Shown piece by piece: positions 10,405 through 20,971 of a stretch of DNA of 64,000 nucleotides (position 1 is the stretch's first letter; each line of letters begins with the position of its first letter). A program made the translations under genes and the position numbers. A model generated the notes under the pieces. The model saw nothing but the letters and a program-made list of their open reading frames with translations. It did no database searches and was not told the origin of the DNA. Where the stretch lies: sequence record OR770614.1; one strand, written 5' to 3'. This DNA is from Staphylococcus phage vB_StaM_PB50.

Positions 10405-10419
10405 TAATAAAAGATTGTT
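10405..10419 (-). promoter_or_regulatory. AACA-N6-TA motif (minus-strand member of divergent pair)
   Basis: Minus strand AACAATCTTTTA 18-30 nt upstream of ATG 10399. Confidence 0.35.
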
Positions 10420-10433
10420 AAATTCAGAAGAAT

Positions 10434-10445
10434 AACATAGAAATA
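10434..10445 (+). promoter_or_regulatory. AACA-N6-TA motif (plus-strand member of divergent pair)
   Basis: AACATAGAAATA 42 nt upstream of protease ATG 10487. Confidence 0.35.
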
Positions 10446-10486
10446 TTCTTAATTTACAATCAAAATTTGAAAGGAAGTATAAATAG

Positions 10487-10709
10487 ATGTCTAAAGATAT
10501 TAAAGCTTACATTATTAATGAATCTAATACAACTTCTCAACCAGAAGTAGTTCAAGATAATAACAAATCAGTTAGATTCATTGCTGAATTACAAGAAGCT
10601 GATAGACAAAACCGTAATGGTCGTGTTTATCGTAAAGATGTTATACAAAGTGGATTAGATAGTCCAGTAGTACAAGAAAAATTAGCAAGAAGAACTTTTT
10701 ATGGTGAGT
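10487..10709 (+). CDS. prohead protease, exon 1
   Basis: ORF 10487-10714; exon end set by P1 pairing GGUGAGU with intron GCUCAC; NGRVYRKDV... prohead-protease-like. Confidence 0.5.
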
Positions 10710-10876
10710 TTTAGGTTAAAATGGCTCACGTTAAATTATATTAATTGCTGAAATCTTATTTAAAGTAATCAGCATCAACTTAATACAAGTTGTTCAACGA
10801 CTAAATATATAACTTAATTTAATTAAGAAGATATAGTCTAATCTATATAAAATATAAATATAGATAATATAAGCAG
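10710..10876 (+). mobile_element. group I intron, ORF-less (~170 nt)
   Basis: P AATTGCTGAAA, Q AATCAGCATC, R GTTCAACGACTAAAT, S AAGATATAGTCTAA, P9 hairpin ATCTATAT...ATATAGAT, terminal G ~10876. Confidence 0.6.
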
Positions 10877-11139
10877 GTCATCCTTTAAGTGATGAACCTA
10901 AACGTCAAATGTATATTGATCAACGTAATATTTCTCATATTATCACTAGAACTTGGTGGAATGGTAATAAATTAATGGGAGAAGTAGAAACAGCTCAAAC
11001 AGCAGCTGGTAAAGATATGAAAGGTTTAATTGGACAAAAGTCTGATGTATCCTTCTCAATGCGTGGTTTTAGTAAAATAGAAAGAAAACCTAATGGTGAA
11101 GTAGAAGTTACTAAACCTTTAAGATTAATCTGTTACGAT
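10877..11139 (+). CDS. prohead protease, exon 2
   Basis: Open frame ...HPLSDEPKRQMYIDQRNISHII... (ORF 10909-11145 plus upstream extension); 3' boundary approximate. Confidence 0.45.
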
Positions 11140-11322
11140 AAATAACTCTGTCGCTTCTTAAAGCAATTTAAGTCGAATAATATTATTAATTGCTGAAAAG
11201 AATTCATTAAATTAATCAGCATCCTCAAAAAGAGGTTCAACGACTAAATATAATATACTTAATTTATTAAGTAATGATATAGTCTAGTCTATATGAAATT
11301 CATATAGTTAATATAAACGTGG
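11140..11322 (+). mobile_element. group I intron, ORF-less (~180 nt)
   Basis: AATTGCTGAAAAG, AATCAGCATC, GTTCAACGACTAAAT, AATGATATAGTCTAG, hairpin CTATATGA...CATATAG; frame reopens at 11323. Confidence 0.55.
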
Positions 11323-11673
11323 GTAGTAATTCCATCACATCAAGATTCTTATATCCAAAATATAATTTCAGAGAATCATAATAATTACAATACTAGTGAT
11401 TTACAAATGGTTAATGAATCAATTGATATGTTTTCTAACGGTAAAGTTACAGAATTTTCTCCTAGAGAAGTTTTAACTTATATTAAAGAAAATTCAGACA
11501 ATATCAAATATATCGCTGAAGATATGGGATTTGATAAAGCTGATGAATCTAATATCATTTACGATAAAGGATCTCAATTAGCTTCAATTAAAGAAAGTAA
11601 TAAAACTATTAAAGTTTTCTTAGAAGAATCTGTTCTTAATGGACTTGATGATTTCTATAGAAACTTTAAATAA
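11323..11673 (+). CDS. prohead protease, exon 3
   Basis: ORF 11407-11673 with in-frame stop-free extension back to 11323 (VVIPSHQDSYIQ...). Confidence 0.45.
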   Translation, partial: VVIPSHQDSYIQNIISENHNNYNTSDLQMVNESIDMFSNGKVTEFSPREVLTYIKENSDNIKYIAEDMGFDKADESNIIYDKGSQLASIKESNKTIKVFLEESVLNGLDDFYRNFK

Positions 11674-11696
11674 TATGTATGGAAGTGATATAGTTT

Positions 11697-12410
11697 ATGA
11701 TAACTAATACAGAAGTACTTAATTATATAGAACGTGATACAGGATTTCTGTTTAATGAGTTAGAACTAAATCCTGATGAGATTATTAAAACAGTAGAAAG
11801 ATTTACAATTCCTACTTTTAGTAAATTTCATCCTAAACAAGAAAGAATAATAGTAAAGCCTGAAGATAAAGTAGAAGGAACTCAGAATGTTTATTATATT
11901 GATTCACCAAATCCAATAGTTAATATTAATAGAGTGATTGGTGCTAATAACAATATTTCTAATTTAACTGGGTATGCTGGTAGTATGAGTCCTTATGCAG
12001 GTTTTATGATGGGCTCACCTATTGACTCTCAAATGATGGCAGATTTAATGGCTATTAATTTAAATCCATCTACATTTAGATATCTTCATCCTAATAAAAT
12101 AGAGATAATGAATGGATCTGTTATGAGTACAACTAATCTATTAATAATTGCAAATACTTATCATGATAAACATTTTGGTTCAATACCAAATAATATGCAT
12201 GATTACTTTTTAGAATTAGCTTCATATGATGTTCAAATGTCATTATACTCTATGAGAGGTAGATTTCAAAATTTACAAACTACTTTTGGTGAATTAAATC
12301 TAAATATGGATGATTTAAGAGATGCTAGAGAAAAAAGAAGAGAATTAGTTGAAAAAATGGAAAATAACTCTATTTATAATTCTAATAGAAAAAAATTATT
12401 TTTCGGATAA
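11697..12410 (+). CDS. hypothetical protein (head module)
   Basis: 237 aa ORF directly after protease gene; terminator follows. Confidence 0.4.
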   Translation: MITNTEVLNYIERDTGFLFNELELNPDEIIKTVERFTIPTFSKFHPKQERIIVKPEDKVEGTQNVYYIDSPNPIVNINRVIGANNNISNLTGYAGSMSPYAGFMMGSPIDSQMMADLMAINLNPSTFRYLHPNKIEIMNGSVMSTTNLLIIANTYHDKHFGSIPNNMHDYFLELASYDVQMSLYSMRGRFQNLQTTFGELNLNMDDLRDAREKRRELVEKMENNSIYNSNRKKLFFG

Positions 12411-12414
12411 TAAA

Positions 12415-12455
12415 ATCCCAATACCTATTAATTTAGGTATTGGGATATATTTTTA
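12415..12455. terminator. bidirectional rho-independent terminator
   Basis: ATCCCAATACCTA/TAGGTATTGGGAT perfect 13-bp stem flanked by T-runs on both strands, between convergent genes. Confidence 0.55.
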
Positions 12456-12608
12456 GGATAAGGGAGTAATGGATATGGATAAAATTAAAGAACTTTGTAT
12501 AAGTAATTTCATTATAACTATACGCTAATTTATTACTTAAAAAGGAATAAATTATAGAAAAATAAATTTCTATAAAAATTTGTTACAATACTAATTTATA
12601 TCATAAAT

Positions 12609-13193
12609 TTATTTCATTACATTATACATATTAAATTGATTTTTTAATCTTTGCTTATCAAATTTAATCATTGATTTAGTTTCAAAACGGTTTGTATTAA
12701 GTTTATCAATATAATCATCTGAATATATTTCATCTATTAATTTTATTTCATGAAAACTAAGTCTATGTCTTTTAGCTAAAGGAATTAATAATTTATCAGA
12801 TAAATGTTTAAACATTCTAGTTTCAGGATTATATAAACTAAAATCATCAGATATAGCTATTAGAATACTATTTCTATATTTTTGAGGTATGATACCTTTA
12901 TCTGCTAATTCTTGTAAATAATAACTAGGTTTATAATCTGATAGTGCTTCTATAACTACATAATCCTTGTCTATCAATTCAACGAAATAATGCATAGGTA
13001 AAGCTCTTATATTAGCATGTCTGATTAAATAATTCTGAACTTTACCCCAAGAATATTTGTAAGATCCCTTTAATATATTTCTGTCATCAAATTTATTTTC
13101 TTTAAGTATTAAATTATTCATATGTGTAATAACTACATGGGTTTGAAATGTATTACTTCTTCTACGTCTATCTTGTTTTATATCATAATACAA
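12609..13193 (-). CDS. hypothetical protein, possible cell-wall hydrolase
   Basis: 194 aa; co-transcribed with PG-binding-domain protein; weak amidase-like His pattern only. Confidence 0.3.
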   Translation of the reverse strand: MYYDIKQDRRRRSNTFQTHVVITHMNNLILKENKFDDRNILKGSYKYSWGKVQNYLIRHANIRALPMHYFVELIDKDYVVIEALSDYKPSYYLQELADKGIIPQKYRNSILIAISDDFSLYNPETRMFKHLSDKLLIPLAKRHRLSFHEIKLIDEIYSDDYIDKLNTNRFETKSMIKFDKQRLKNQFNMYNVMK

Positions 13194-13217
13194 TCTTTAT
13201 TTCACTTCTTTCTAAAA

Positions 13218-13886
13218 TTAGCAATAACTAATTGAATTATATTTCTCTATCAATTTATTAAATGTAATAGGACCAACGTCTCCATCTTGTTTAAGATTAT
13301 TATCACTCTGAAACTGTAATAAAGAACTTAACATAGTTCTATCAAATACATAGTTTTCACTATCGTATTTATTAGCAGAATACCCCAAACCTGTCAGTGC
13401 GATACCTACTGTATTAACATCATTACCTTTCATGTTATCTTCTCTATACATTAATAATCTGTAATAACTTCCTTTAAGATTTCTATTATTTGAAATAATT
13501 GGTTCTTCAGGTTTATATTTTCTAGGTAAATGCATATCATAGTAATAAGGAAATTTAGGATTACCATTATGGAATTTAAGTATAACTTTATCATAAAGGT
13601 TAGGTTTTCTTAAAGGTTTATCTAAATCATTATCCATTAATGGTTGACAAATTAAATAATTACCTATGTCTACTTGACTTCTTATATCTAAATCTTCTAC
13701 GTTTATTATATTATTAATATTTAGGTTTCTTTTGATATTTCTTGGGGAATCCTGCAATTCAGTCATAATAAGTTCATACACAAATAGCTTTACTTCATAC
13801 TTTTTATCAAAATCTGCATTATCTATAACTACAGCTTCGAAGTCTCGACCAAAATCGAATTCTTTAAACGATTCTTTATATTGCAT
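13218..13886 (-). CDS. protein with C-terminal peptidoglycan-binding domain
   Basis: C-terminus LLQFQSDNNLKQDGDVGPITFNKL matches PG_binding_1 consensus. Confidence 0.45.
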   Translation of the reverse strand: MQYKESFKEFDFGRDFEAVVIDNADFDKKYEVKLFVYELIMTELQDSPRNIKRNLNINNIINVEDLDIRSQVDIGNYLICQPLMDNDLDKPLRKPNLYDKVILKFHNGNPKFPYYYDMHLPRKYKPEEPIISNNRNLKGSYYRLLMYREDNMKGNDVNTVGIALTGLGYSANKYDSENYVFDRTMLSSLLQFQSDNNLKQDGDVGPITFNKLIEKYNSISYC

Positions 13887-13928
13887 GTGCTTTATGAGCT
13901 CCTTTCTATTTATAATGCATCGAGGGGG

Positions 13929-13940
13929 AAATGTCTTGTT
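13929..13940 (-). promoter_or_regulatory. AACA-N6-TT motif
   Basis: Minus strand AACAAGACATTT ~45 nt upstream of ATG 13886. Confidence 0.25.
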
Positions 13941-14154
13941 ACAGTTAGTCTTACTATGCCTCTTTATTTATTTTTTGATTTTTAGTTTTCCACTGATTTT
14001 AGGTTATTTTAGAATTACTAAACAGTTGAATTCTTTAAGAGAAAAATTAACAAAAATAGAAAAGGAAACAAATAATCAAAGAAATTTAATTTTCAGATTA
14101 TCTAAGTTTAATGAAGCTCTTTTAGAAGAAATAAAAGAACAAGAAAAAGATAGG

Positions 14155-14192
14155 CAATAAAAATCCACAACGATAATAAAATATCGTTGTGG
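14155..14192 (-). terminator. rho-independent terminator
   Basis: CCACAACGATA/TATCGTTGTGG 11-bp stem then TTTTTATT on minus strand, after gene 14204-15040. Confidence 0.5.
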
Positions 14193-14203
14193 GAATTATT
14201 GCA

Positions 14204-15040
14204 CTAAATATAAATAATATATTCTATATCTAAACCATCAGATAGATTCTTTAATGAACGACTATCAAATGTTAAACGTGTAGCTAATTCAGTTCCATCA
14301 AATTTATTAGTATCTTCATTATATTTAGCTAACCAAAGACCTAACTCATTAATAATACTTCCTCTACATTCATCTGGTTCTACAGACATTTTTAATGAAA
14401 ATGCAACTGAACCATCTTCATTATCAATAATAAATCCTTTTGATTCACCTAAAGGTTTATCTTTTGTAGCATTAGTAAATCTTTTACCGTAAAAACTAGT
14501 AGTGCCATCTTGTTTATCTTCTGATAAATAATATTTTTTCTTTTGTTGTTCTGATAATTCTTCTACCATACTAGGATTATTTGCAGTTAAATCCGAATTC
14601 TCTTTATCGGGATTTTCTACTACAAAAGGAACAGGACGGTTTAATTTTTGATCTGAGAATTTTACAGTGTATGGAGTAAATGCAGAGTTATTTACATCAG
14701 CTCCACCTGAACCTACTGAAAATAAGCATATTGTTCTTCCTTCAGTTTCATCACCATTATAATTAGACGGTATACCTTGACCGAATAGTTTTTCTAAAAT
14801 CCAAACTCTAGTTCTCATTAAAACTAAATTTTCTTCTTGATGAATTAACTCACCTGTTTTAGGATTTGTAAATTTAACAATACCCTTAATATAATTATTT
14901 AAATTTTCTTTAAAACCAGATTTTACATTTATAGAATTTGAATCTCTTGTTTCAACTCTAGAACTTATATCATCTATTTGATCTTGTTCCATAGCTCCAT
15001 TTTCAACTAATTTACGTGAAAAACGTTCAAAATTGAACAT
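14204..15040 (-). CDS. hypothetical late/structural protein
   Basis: 278 aa ORF overlapping stop/start with upstream 854-aa gene. Confidence 0.4.
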   Translation of the reverse strand: MFNFERFSRKLVENGAMEQDQIDDISSRVETRDSNSINVKSGFKENLNNYIKGIVKFTNPKTGELIHQEENLVLMRTRVWILEKLFGQGIPSNYNGDETEGRTICLFSVGSGGADVNNSAFTPYTVKFSDQKLNRPVPFVVENPDKENSDLTANNPSMVEELSEQQKKKYYLSEDKQDGTTSFYGKRFTNATKDKPLGESKGFIIDNEDGSVAFSLKMSVEPDECRGSIINELGLWLAKYNEDTNKFDGTELATRLTFDSRSLKNLSDGLDIEYIIYI

Positions 15041-17604
15041 TAATTTTCCTCCCTTTTGATTATTGAAATGTTAACATTGTCTTTCATTTCAATATTTTCT
15101 TTTCTGATGATCTTATCAGTTATATTTCTATTATCTAATGTATTAATCTTATCTACATATTTTGTAGTTCCAGTATATTTAATATTTCCTTCATCAATTA
15201 AATGAATACTATTTTCAAATTTATCATCCAATTTAAATAATAGACTTGTATAAATTAAATCAGTTGTATATGATTTGAATAGAGTTATCAATATAGTAAT
15301 ATAATCTCTAATAAAATTAACAACACCTACAAAATTACTATTTGTGAAGTATTGTTCTTTAAGATTAAGATGATTATCAATACTACTTACTAATTCAAAT
15401 ATTCTTTCTCTAAAAATATTTTCTCTATCAAAAACATCTTCATCATAAATTTCACTTTCAACAACTGTATAATAATACAAATCAGGTTCTTTAAATTTAA
15501 GATAATCTGAATAAGTTTTAAAACCTTTAAAAATATCATTACTAGAATTAGTTATAAATAGCTGTTTATGGAGATTAGTAAATTTTTTTCGTAAATGAGG
15601 ATCATTTGAATTATATATTAACTCTTCTAATTCTTTACGAAATTCTTCATTATATTTATACATTTCAATAATATCATAAATGTTAATAAGATCTTTATCA
15701 GAATCACTGTAAGCTAATATATCACTGATGTAAGAATTTAAAGCTGGATATCTAGTTATTTTCTTTTTAGGAGTGTATAATTTATTCTTAATTGAATAAT
15801 CTATTGATCTTCTTATAGATGTTACTAAATTATCTATATTTTCTTCATTTTTATTTTGTTTATAATCTTGATAAGATTTATCTAAAAACTTAACATTCAT
15901 AACTTTAACAAATTCATCAATATCTTTATCAATAGAATTATCTTCTATCATAATTAAATATACATCTTCTTTATTTATACGACCATCACGAATCATTACA
16001 TTTAAAAATTTTTTGTATATTTCCATAAAGTTCTTATAGTAAGATATATTTTTAAAATCAAATTCTCTTTCAGGTTTAGATATCTGTGTCCACAAATATC
16101 TCATACCATCTATAATTAAATCATTTTCAATATAGTATTCTAATTGCGTAGAACCATTTATACCGGTCATTATTTCTGAAATAAATTTAAATTGTCTTTG
16201 AGCTAAATCAGACATTTCATATTCTTTAACAATATCTTCATAGCTTAGCGTATTTCTATTTTTAAATTTCTTAATATTAAGGAAATTTAGTTCTCTAGCA
16301 AAATCAGTGTAATCTGATTTATCAAATTGTCTGGAATAAATATAACTACGAATATCATCTACGGTATCTTTAATATCTGCATTAAAATTATAACCATAAA
16401 TATTCATATTCTTATCATTCTTGATTCTATCATTCCATTTAATATAATTTATGACAAGTGTATTAAGTGTAACAATTCCATCAAAAACATTAAACTTTCT
16501 AGAACTGATTCTTGAGTTAGTCATATTAAAGCTATCATCTTCAATAATATCTTTATCTTCTTTCATTAAGTTAATTAAACTGTATAAGAATGATAAAGAT
16601 TTACTATTATTAATTATATCTATAACAGCATCGGTAGAAAGATATTTAGTTTGTATTACATTAAATGCTTTATTCATAACTTCTTCTTTAGTATTTCTCC
16701 AGTATGGATCAAGATCAATGATTTCATTATAACCGTATTGATTATCATTGTATACATCAAGATTATCATTTACATTTGTTTTATAAAACTTTAGATCATC
16801 TTCATGTTTAGCCAAATAATATTTATTAATGTCTATGGAGTTAATGGAGAATATATCTTCTATAATTGGAAATATCTCATTTGTACCTTTATTACGAATT
16901 AAATCATTTATGCGTTTGTATGTTCTTCTTTGATATTCTAAAGGGAAATCATCAAAGTAATCAAGTCCATTAGAAATGAAAGCATTCTTTAAATCTCTTT
17001 TAGTATATCTATCAACATCAAATACTCTATACATTGTTTTGTTTATATATCTATGTATAGTTGCATTAATTAAATACATATAATACATTTCTCTATAATA
17101 AACTTGATTATTAAAAGCTCTAGTATGTGTTACTTTTTTAAAATAATTAAGAGCTTCAGAATAACTTTCTAATAATAATGATTCTTCTTTTTTATCCAAT
17201 GTATGGTTACTTATTTTAATGATATCAAAATCATTTGCTGTACGTGATACATATGGATCAATATCATATATATTTTGTAATTTTCCATAGTATGGATTAC
17301 GTTCTTTATAGTTTCTTAAAATACTATCTTTATCAAATACTGAATAGTAATCATCTAAAGTGTTTTCTTTAGCTCTAATATATAAATCTGACTTCATCAT
17401 AGAATCATTTGATTCTAATCTATCTGCAAATTCTTGATCTTTTATTATTAAACCTTGACAGAATTTAACTATATCATCTAAATTTTCTATATCTTCTTCA
17501 GTAAAGGCTTTATAAAAATAAAGAGGATTGTATTTTCTTAAATCATCTTTACTGAAGTTCTTATAATCAGTGTATTCTATGGCCATTGAAATCCTCTCTT
17601 TCAT
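15040..17604 (-). CDS. hypothetical large late protein (854 aa)
   Basis: Long ORF, late-promoter-like motif upstream, first gene of the minus-strand late block. Confidence 0.45.
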   Translation of the reverse strand: MKERISMAIEYTDYKNFSKDDLRKYNPLYFYKAFTEEDIENLDDIVKFCQGLIIKDQEFADRLESNDSMMKSDLYIRAKENTLDDYYSVFDKDSILRNYKERNPYYGKLQNIYDIDPYVSRTANDFDIIKISNHTLDKKEESLLLESYSEALNYFKKVTHTRAFNNQVYYREMYYMYLINATIHRYINKTMYRVFDVDRYTKRDLKNAFISNGLDYFDDFPLEYQRRTYKRINDLIRNKGTNEIFPIIEDIFSINSIDINKYYLAKHEDDLKFYKTNVNDNLDVYNDNQYGYNEIIDLDPYWRNTKEEVMNKAFNVIQTKYLSTDAVIDIINNSKSLSFLYSLINLMKEDKDIIEDDSFNMTNSRISSRKFNVFDGIVTLNTLVINYIKWNDRIKNDKNMNIYGYNFNADIKDTVDDIRSYIYSRQFDKSDYTDFARELNFLNIKKFKNRNTLSYEDIVKEYEMSDLAQRQFKFISEIMTGINGSTQLEYYIENDLIIDGMRYLWTQISKPEREFDFKNISYYKNFMEIYKKFLNVMIRDGRINKEDVYLIMIEDNSIDKDIDEFVKVMNVKFLDKSYQDYKQNKNEENIDNLVTSIRRSIDYSIKNKLYTPKKKITRYPALNSYISDILAYSDSDKDLINIYDIIEMYKYNEEFRKELEELIYNSNDPHLRKKFTNLHKQLFITNSSNDIFKGFKTYSDYLKFKEPDLYYYTVVESEIYDEDVFDRENIFRERIFELVSSIDNHLNLKEQYFTNSNFVGVVNFIRDYITILITLFKSYTTDLIYTSLLFKLDDKFENSIHLIDEGNIKYTGTTKYVDKINTLDNRNITDKIIRKENIEMKDNVNISIIKREEN

Positions 17605-18096
17605 TTATTTTTCTTAATATTTAGTTGTTACTTGAGAATTTATATTTTTATCAAATAAAAAATAATATATTATTATATTTCTATCAAAATATAATAATAT
17701 ATTTATTATGATTTTTAATTTTTTATATTAAAATTGGTATTAATAAATATATTAAATTAAAAATTATAATGAAATTCATACAAATAAAATTAACTTAATA
17801 ATATATTAATGAAGATTATTAAAATTAAAGAAATGAAATATTTATACAAATTTTTTTAGAAAATCTCCAGAATATATTATTATATTTTTAATATAAAATT
17901 ATATAAATAATAAATAAATATTTTTTAGGGGAATAATTTTTAAAATTTTCTTTAATTTTAATTAATATTATAAAAAATAATAGTAATTAAAAATATTATT
18001 AAAAATAAATTAATATATTAAATTTAATAAAAGAAAATTTCAAAGAAAAAGTAATAATGAATTTGATATTAATTAATAAAAAGGAATTGAATAAAA
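17605..18096. other. 490-bp ORF-free, AT-rich divergent control region (replication origin not excluded)
   Basis: No ORFs on any frame, >85% A+T, short direct repeats AATATATTATTATATTT at ~17655 and ~17870; separates minus late block from plus-strand block. Confidence 0.4.
17628..17639 (-). promoter_or_regulatory. AACA-N6-TA motif
   Basis: Minus strand AACAACTAAATA ~25-35 nt upstream of ATG 17604. Confidence 0.35.
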
Positions 18097-18732
18097 ATGG
18101 ATAATAAAAATATTGATATAAAATTCAATAACTTAAATAATAAAAAAGTAAAGTTAAATAAAAATAATAAGATCAATAATGTATTAATAAAAAAAGATTC
18201 TAATAATAATACAATATTAGTAAATAAACAAAGTAAGTTTCAAATATCAAGTTTATACTTTGAAATAGAATCAGAAAATAGTTTAAAGAAATTCATCAAG
18301 AATGTAGAAGGATTAGTAAGAAGATCAAATGAATATAAGAAATATTTATCAATATTAAAAGAAGGATACAATTTGAAAAATGATATAATAATGTCAAATA
18401 TTACAGAAGATATGGCAACTACAGAATATCATCACTTTCCTTTTACTCTTTATGAAATTGTTGAAATTGTTACAAATAAAGCTATCATGGAAGATGAACA
18501 GTTTACATCAATAGATATAGCTGAAAGAGTTTTAAAATTACATTTTGAGAATAAAGTAGGATTAGTATTATTAACAAAAACAAATCATCAATTAGCTCAT
18601 GCAGGTAAGATTATAATACCATTATCATCAATATTTGGTAAAGTAAATGAATTTGTAAGTTATTATAAAGACTATATACTTGATCATCAAATAGAACAGT
18701 ATAATGAACTTATAGAAGCTTCAGATATATAA
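18097..18732 (+). CDS. hypothetical protein
   Basis: 211 aa ORF, Asn/Lys-rich N-terminus; HHFPF...NHQLAH His-rich pattern. Confidence 0.35.
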   Translation: MDNKNIDIKFNNLNNKKVKLNKNNKINNVLIKKDSNNNTILVNKQSKFQISSLYFEIESENSLKKFIKNVEGLVRRSNEYKKYLSILKEGYNLKNDIIMSNITEDMATTEYHHFPFTLYEIVEIVTNKAIMEDEQFTSIDIAERVLKLHFENKVGLVLLTKTNHQLAHAGKIIIPLSSIFGKVNEFVSYYKDYILDHQIEQYNELIEASDI

Positions 18733-18750
18733 ATTTTTAATATTTATTTT

Positions 18751-18788
18751 AAATATATATTATATAAATGTAAATCATTAAAGATTTA
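18751..18788 (+). promoter_or_regulatory. early-type promoter motif + leader hairpin
   Basis: AAATATATATTATATAAATG followed by hairpin TAAATCATTAAAGATTTA, 28 nt before ATG 18816. Confidence 0.4.
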
Positions 18789-18815
18789 TATATTATATAA
18801 AAATTAGGAGATGAA

Positions 18816-19607
18816 ATGGATATGACAGAAGAAGCTTTAATCAAGGCTATATATTTATTTAAGGAAGATAAGAAAGATATTGAAATTGATATAGCTAAAA
18901 ATATTATGGATGAACTTAAAGAAGAGGATAATCGAAAAGAATTTGATGATTTAGAAAGAAGATTAATCAATATTGAAGATACAAAAACATTTAGAGATTT
19001 TTATAGTTTTAAAATGATTAGAAGAAAATCAGATTTTATTAAAGGAATTGCTTTTGATAATTTTAATGATTTCTTTTTAGATAGTTTAGAACTTAATAAA
19101 GATTATAACTTTGCTAAAAATATATTTGAATTTTTAACAATCTTAAGAAAACAAGATAAATCAGAAATGTTTCCAGATGGAAAAGAAAATATTGAAGATA
19201 GATTAATTGCATTAATGTCTAGTTATATTACAGAAGAATATAATAAGAAATATAATTTAAATTATTATAATATATACAATATTATGGTAGCTACTTATAT
19301 TGATATGTATATTTTCTTCTATAAAGAAGAATTAATGAACGGTAATAATATTTTAGAATTAAAAGAAGAATCTAATGAAATTAAATTATTCTCTGAAAGT
19401 TATATTAATGATTTCTTAAATGAATCTATAAAAGCTACAGAAATATTTGATGAAATTAATAGTAGTATATTAAAGAATTTTCCACCACAAGTTAAACCTG
19501 ATATTAATAGTTTACTACATGAAATTAAGAAACAAGCAAGTAAAATTGCTAATGAAAATAATGTAGACATGTCACTAGTAAATACTCTAATTGAATATAA
19601 AAAATAA
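18816..19607 (+). CDS. hypothetical protein
   Basis: 263 aa ORF with RBS AGGAGATG. Confidence 0.4.
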   Translation: MDMTEEALIKAIYLFKEDKKDIEIDIAKNIMDELKEEDNRKEFDDLERRLINIEDTKTFRDFYSFKMIRRKSDFIKGIAFDNFNDFFLDSLELNKDYNFAKNIFEFLTILRKQDKSEMFPDGKENIEDRLIALMSSYITEEYNKKYNLNYYNIYNIMVATYIDMYIFFYKEELMNGNNILELKEESNEIKLFSESYINDFLNESIKATEIFDEINSSILKNFPPQVKPDINSLLHEIKKQASKIANENNVDMSLVNTLIEYKK

Positions 19608-19618
19608 TTAATAAAATT

Positions 19619-19666
19619 GAGGTAATGATCATTAATTTGATCATTACCTCTAATATTTTTTTTTTC
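19619..19666. terminator. rho-independent terminator (copy 1 of a 48-nt unit)
   Basis: GAGGTAATGATCATTAATTTGATCATTACCTC then TAATATTTTTTTTTTC; between convergent genes. Confidence 0.6.
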
Positions 19667-20928
19667 TAAAAAATATCCATTTTGTGAATATCTTTTTTTC
19701 TTCCTTGATTAATTAATTCGTTAATCATATTAATCTTTCTCATATCTGCATATAATACAAGTGTATGAACTACATTAGACTGTGGTTCTTTAACAATCAA
19801 TTCGAAATTATCATAGTCAATATAAAATTCACTTTTATCCATAGGTTTATTATTTCTGAATAATTTGAATTCAATAATTTTTTCTATATTTCCACCAATT
19901 TTATTAATTTCTTTAATAGATTTTATTATGTCTTTATCCATTATAGACTCTATTGGAGTACTATCAAATTTAACATTCATTTCAGTATTGAAATTTCTTT
20001 CAAGTAATAATTTCATTCCTCTATCATTTTCTTTAGGAATCATATCTTGTAAAATAGCAATATCAAATTGTAATATATCTTCACCAGGATTTTCTATCTC
20101 TCTTTGAATATTAAAGTCTTCTTCAATTTCTAATATATAACTACCAGGTACCCATAATTCAGCAGATATTGCATATTTAACTGCACTCTGTTTATTTATT
20201 AAGTTACTTATTTCATTTTCATAATTAACTAAATCTGGATAATTTAAAAGTATATTAGTTGTAAAATCGTAAGTATATTTCTCTTTACCATTGGCTAAAT
20301 TTTTTTTGTTAGTTATTGGACCTAATCCATTAGACATCATATAATCATTTAACTTAAGTCTATCTTCATTGTTATTAATATCTAAATTTAATTTCTTACA
20401 TATATTTACAATAAATATTTCTGGTAATTGTGTTGGTATTCTTATTTCATTTGCAAAATTATATCCACCAGATTCAAAAGTTTGATTAATATGATTAAGA
20501 GTATTCCAAGCACCCATTTGTGTTTGCAATAATATACCATAATTAAATACTATTTTATATCTTTGAGGTACCATGAATATTCTTATACCTCTTGTATCAT
20601 CTTCAAATATCATTCTATAATTTCTTTTTAAATTCTTCATTACAAATCTATCTGTTTTATGCCACATCGGTAAACTAGACATAAAACCATCGCCTAATTC
20701 AAATTGTGTAGTCATAGCTAAATGAGGATATCCCTTTTTTAAATTCTTCATATCTTTTAAAGAATTTGAATTCAAAGCTGTACTTACATAAGTTGAAGCA
20801 AAAAAATTGCTAGGGAACATTGATTTAAAATAATTCCACATAAATGACTGTACACCACTTATGACACTTGATAATGAAGGCGATGCAGTACACATTGAAT
20901 AATTACTATTTTCTCCTAATTGAGGCAT
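19666..20928 (-). CDS. hypothetical structural protein (420 aa)
   Basis: Long ORF with AACA-N6-TT motif upstream; isolated minus gene inside plus-strand module. Confidence 0.4.
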   Translation of the reverse strand: MPQLGENSNYSMCTASPSLSSVISGVQSFMWNYFKSMFPSNFFASTYVSTALNSNSLKDMKNLKKGYPHLAMTTQFELGDGFMSSLPMWHKTDRFVMKNLKRNYRMIFEDDTRGIRIFMVPQRYKIVFNYGILLQTQMGAWNTLNHINQTFESGGYNFANEIRIPTQLPEIFIVNICKKLNLDINNNEDRLKLNDYMMSNGLGPITNKKNLANGKEKYTYDFTTNILLNYPDLVNYENEISNLINKQSAVKYAISAELWVPGSYILEIEEDFNIQREIENPGEDILQFDIAILQDMIPKENDRGMKLLLERNFNTEMNVKFDSTPIESIMDKDIIKSIKEINKIGGNIEKIIEFKLFRNNKPMDKSEFYIDYDNFELIVKEPQSNVVHTLVLYADMRKINMINELINQGRKKDIHKMDIF

Positions 20929-20959
20929 ATATTTACCTACTTTCTATTATCATTATAAT

Positions 20960-20971
20960 AATAAAAATGTT
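20960..20971 (-). promoter_or_regulatory. AACA-N6-TT motif
   Basis: Minus strand AACATTTTTATT ~35 nt upstream of ATG 20928. Confidence 0.3.

Noticed and set aside
12470-12529. 19-aa ORF (MDMDKIKELCISNFIITIR) behind an AAGGGAG RBS in the convergent intergenic region
   Set aside because: Too short to support from sequence alone; lies after a bidirectional terminator.
13887-14160. Plus-strand ORF (track 13732-14160; ~81 aa from internal Met with TM + coiled coil) in the 317-bp gap between minus-strand operons
   Set aside because: No RBS, embedded in a region carrying a minus-strand late-promoter motif and a minus-strand terminator; kept only as a possibility.
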